This document shows, piece after piece, positions 60,610 through 64,000 of a DNA stretch of 64,000 nucleotides (its first letter is position 1; the number at the start of each line of letters is the position of its first letter). Below the pieces are notes generated by a model that worked only from the letters and a program-made list of their open reading frames with translations, was not told the origin of the DNA and made no database searches. The position numbers were made by a program, and so were the translations under genes. This DNA is from the human T2T-CHM13v2.0 reference genome, Homo sapiens, in contig CP068257.2 of assembly GCA_009914755.4 (NCBI GenBank), positions 37,568,001-37,632,000 of the forward strand, in the 5' to 3' direction.

Positions 60610-60899
60610 TTTTTTTTTTCTTTTTTTGAGATCTGTCGCCCAGGCTGGAGTGCAGTGGCGCGATCTCGGCTCACTGCAAGTTCTGCCTCCTGGGTTCAAT
60701 GCCATTCTCCTGCCTCAGCCTCCCTAGCAGCTGGGACTACAGGTGCCCACCACCATGCCTGGCTAATTTTTTGTATTTTTAGTAGAGATGGGGTTTCACC
60801 GTGTTACCCAGGATGGTCTTGATCTCCTGCCCTCGTGATCCACCCACCTCGGCCTCCCAGAGTGCTGGGATTACAGGCATGAGCCACTGCACCCGGCCC
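60610..60899 (-). mobile_element. Alu with a perfect target-site duplication catgctgctaacttttt (60590-60607 and 60900-60916)
   Basis: tttttttttctttttttgagatctgtcgcccaggctggagtgcagtggcgcgatctcggctcactgcaag..ggcatgagccactgcacccggcc, flanked by identical 17-mers. Confidence 0.93.
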
Positions 60900-62120
60900 A
60901 TGCTGCTAACTTTTTATATAAATGTGGGAAAGTTACTGAACCTCCATATCTGTACCTCAGTTTCCTCATTTTTAAGAGATTATAAGAGTGCCTGAATTCC
61001 TACTTGTTGGAATGATGAAATTAGATAACGTGTAAACCATTTAGAATAGTGCCTCCCAGGCATAATAAAATGCATTAATGTTTAGCCCTTTTATAGCACT
61101 TTTTACATATTGATTGTATGATTTTGTATATCCTTGACAGTAATTAATGTATTTCCACATCAATAATGATAATGCCACTACATACCACCCTAGCCTTTCT
61201 AGAATGACCTTACGTAACAGTTTTCCCAAAGGAAACCATCCCATGTCTACTGTGTTGGGCAAATTCAAGGTACTTGAGGCGGAGAGGTTGGAACAGAGCT
61301 GCATGGTAAAATAGTTATTTCCAGACTAGGATACTACACCTTCCTCCCAAAGGCAAAGTCTATATATAACCCTTTATTCCAAACCATGATACAACCTGAC
61401 TATCCAATTGCTTAAGTCATACAATGTAAGTTACATATAGAAACTTTGGAAGAAATATATATATATATATATATGCAGAAAAAGAAAAGAGAAAAAGGTC
61501 AACCAGCATAAAAATGACAGATAATAAAATAATTATTTCCTATTATATCCTGGGGGACAGAGCAAGACCCCATCTCAAAAAAAAAAGAATGTAAAAACAT
61601 TCTCATTACATAATATAATAGTTTAGCCAGGCAGGGTGGCTGGTGCCTGTTAATCCCAGCTACTTGGGAGGCTGAAGGAGGAGGACAGCTTGAGCCCAGG
61701 AGTTTGAGGCTACAGTGAGCCATGACTGCACCATGCACTACAGCCTATGCAACAGAGCAAGACCCTGTCTCAAAAAAATAAAAACAGTTTAAACAGATGG
61801 TTTTAATCATAATCGTAGCTAACATTATTGTGTATTAGGCACTATTTAAACACATTGCATTACTGATTAAATTAATTCTCACCACACCTCTGAGGTACAT
61901 GTTACCACGCCTCTGAAGTACATATTACATAGGCAGAGGCACAGAAAAGCTAAGCAACATGACAAAGTAAAAGAATTTGGATTTAAACTCAAACCCCATG
62001 CTTAATTATTAACCTACTGCATCATAAGACAATTAAATGAACTTTTCAGTCATATCTAATACTTCATTCCTCAAAACATTACTCAATCAGGAAATTTTAA
62101 CACTGTAGTATTAAATACTT

Positions 62121-62428
<308 letters not shown>

Positions 62429-62799
62429 CTATTAAATACTCTTTACCAAAAAAGTTGGTTTCTCCCTCAAACAAATCAAAATGAAGACAAATAGCTTACA
62501 TATGATTATTAAAAATCAATCAAAGATATTAAACAAAGACTTAGACACAACAGTAAAAGAAGCTACTAAGGAAAAAATAAAATGAATGTCATCAATATTT
62601 AAAACTTTCATCCTCAAAAGACACCACCAAAGAAGTGAAAAGACAACCCACAGAATGGGAGAAAAATTCTACAAGTAATATATCTACAAGTCATAAAGGA
62701 CTGTATCCAGAACATATAAAGAATTCTTACAACAATAAAAAGACCCCCCAAAAAAAGTGAAAAATAAGCAAAAGATCTGAAGAAGCATCAAACATGTTC

Positions 62800-63800
<1,001 letters not shown>

Positions 63801-64000
63801 ATATACTACAGGTTATATACCCCTTATCCAGAACGCTGGGGAATAGAATTGTTTCAGATTTCGTATTTTTCCAGATTTTGGAAAATTTGCATTTGCACTT
63901 ACAGGTTGAGCATGCCAAATCCAAAAATCCAAAATCTGAAATGCACACTAGAACATCATGTTTATATACAGAAAGTTTCAGATTTTGGTGCATTTCAAAA

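Overview
This window is primate (human-like) nuclear genomic DNA, not a prokaryotic locus. It carries about 30 Alu SINEs, several L1 3' ends, a Tigger1 DNA-transposon remnant, poly(A) tracts and microsatellites. There are no CRISPR arrays, operons, rRNA/tRNA genes or defence-system architecture. The apparent long ORFs inside Alus are repeat artefacts.

The dominant feature is the 3' half of a large multi-exon gene on the minus strand. By homology to the PHIP/BRWD family it is BRWD1, the only family member with a C-terminal extension of roughly 900 aa. I reconstructed 21 coding exons, all with AG/GT splice sites and consistent codon phases. They run from the post-WD40 acidic linker (55120) through both bromodomains to the stop codon at 3597-3599. 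Three large serine-, lysine- and acidic-residue-rich C-terminal exons are included. Exon boundaries are hand-derived, so an error of a few nt is possible.

The gene's 3'UTR runs toward the window start. There it abuts a CpG island containing a ~76-bp GC-box tandem repeat (positions 1-760). This fits the tail-to-head BRWD1-to-PSMG1 arrangement on human 21q22.2; that placement is inferred from the gene order, not measured.

One intron holds an intronless METTL21A-like processed pseudogene in the same orientation as the host gene. Its 180-codon reading frame is still open.

Observations worth a second look:
- a triplicated motif of about 55 aa, one copy in each of the last three coding exons;
- an ambiguous C-terminus: read-through stop versus weak donors into the last exon;
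- two inverted Alu pairs, one with no spacer;
- three tandem Alus 23 bp from a splice donor;
- a 57-bp templated insertion inside an Alu, copied from intronic sequence 1.4 kb away;
- a 118-bp tandem duplication.

Every coordinate was derived by hand from the sequence. Database identities (BRWD1, PSMG1, METTL21A, repeat families) come from recalled protein and repeat consensus sequences and should be confirmed by BLAST and RepeatMasker.
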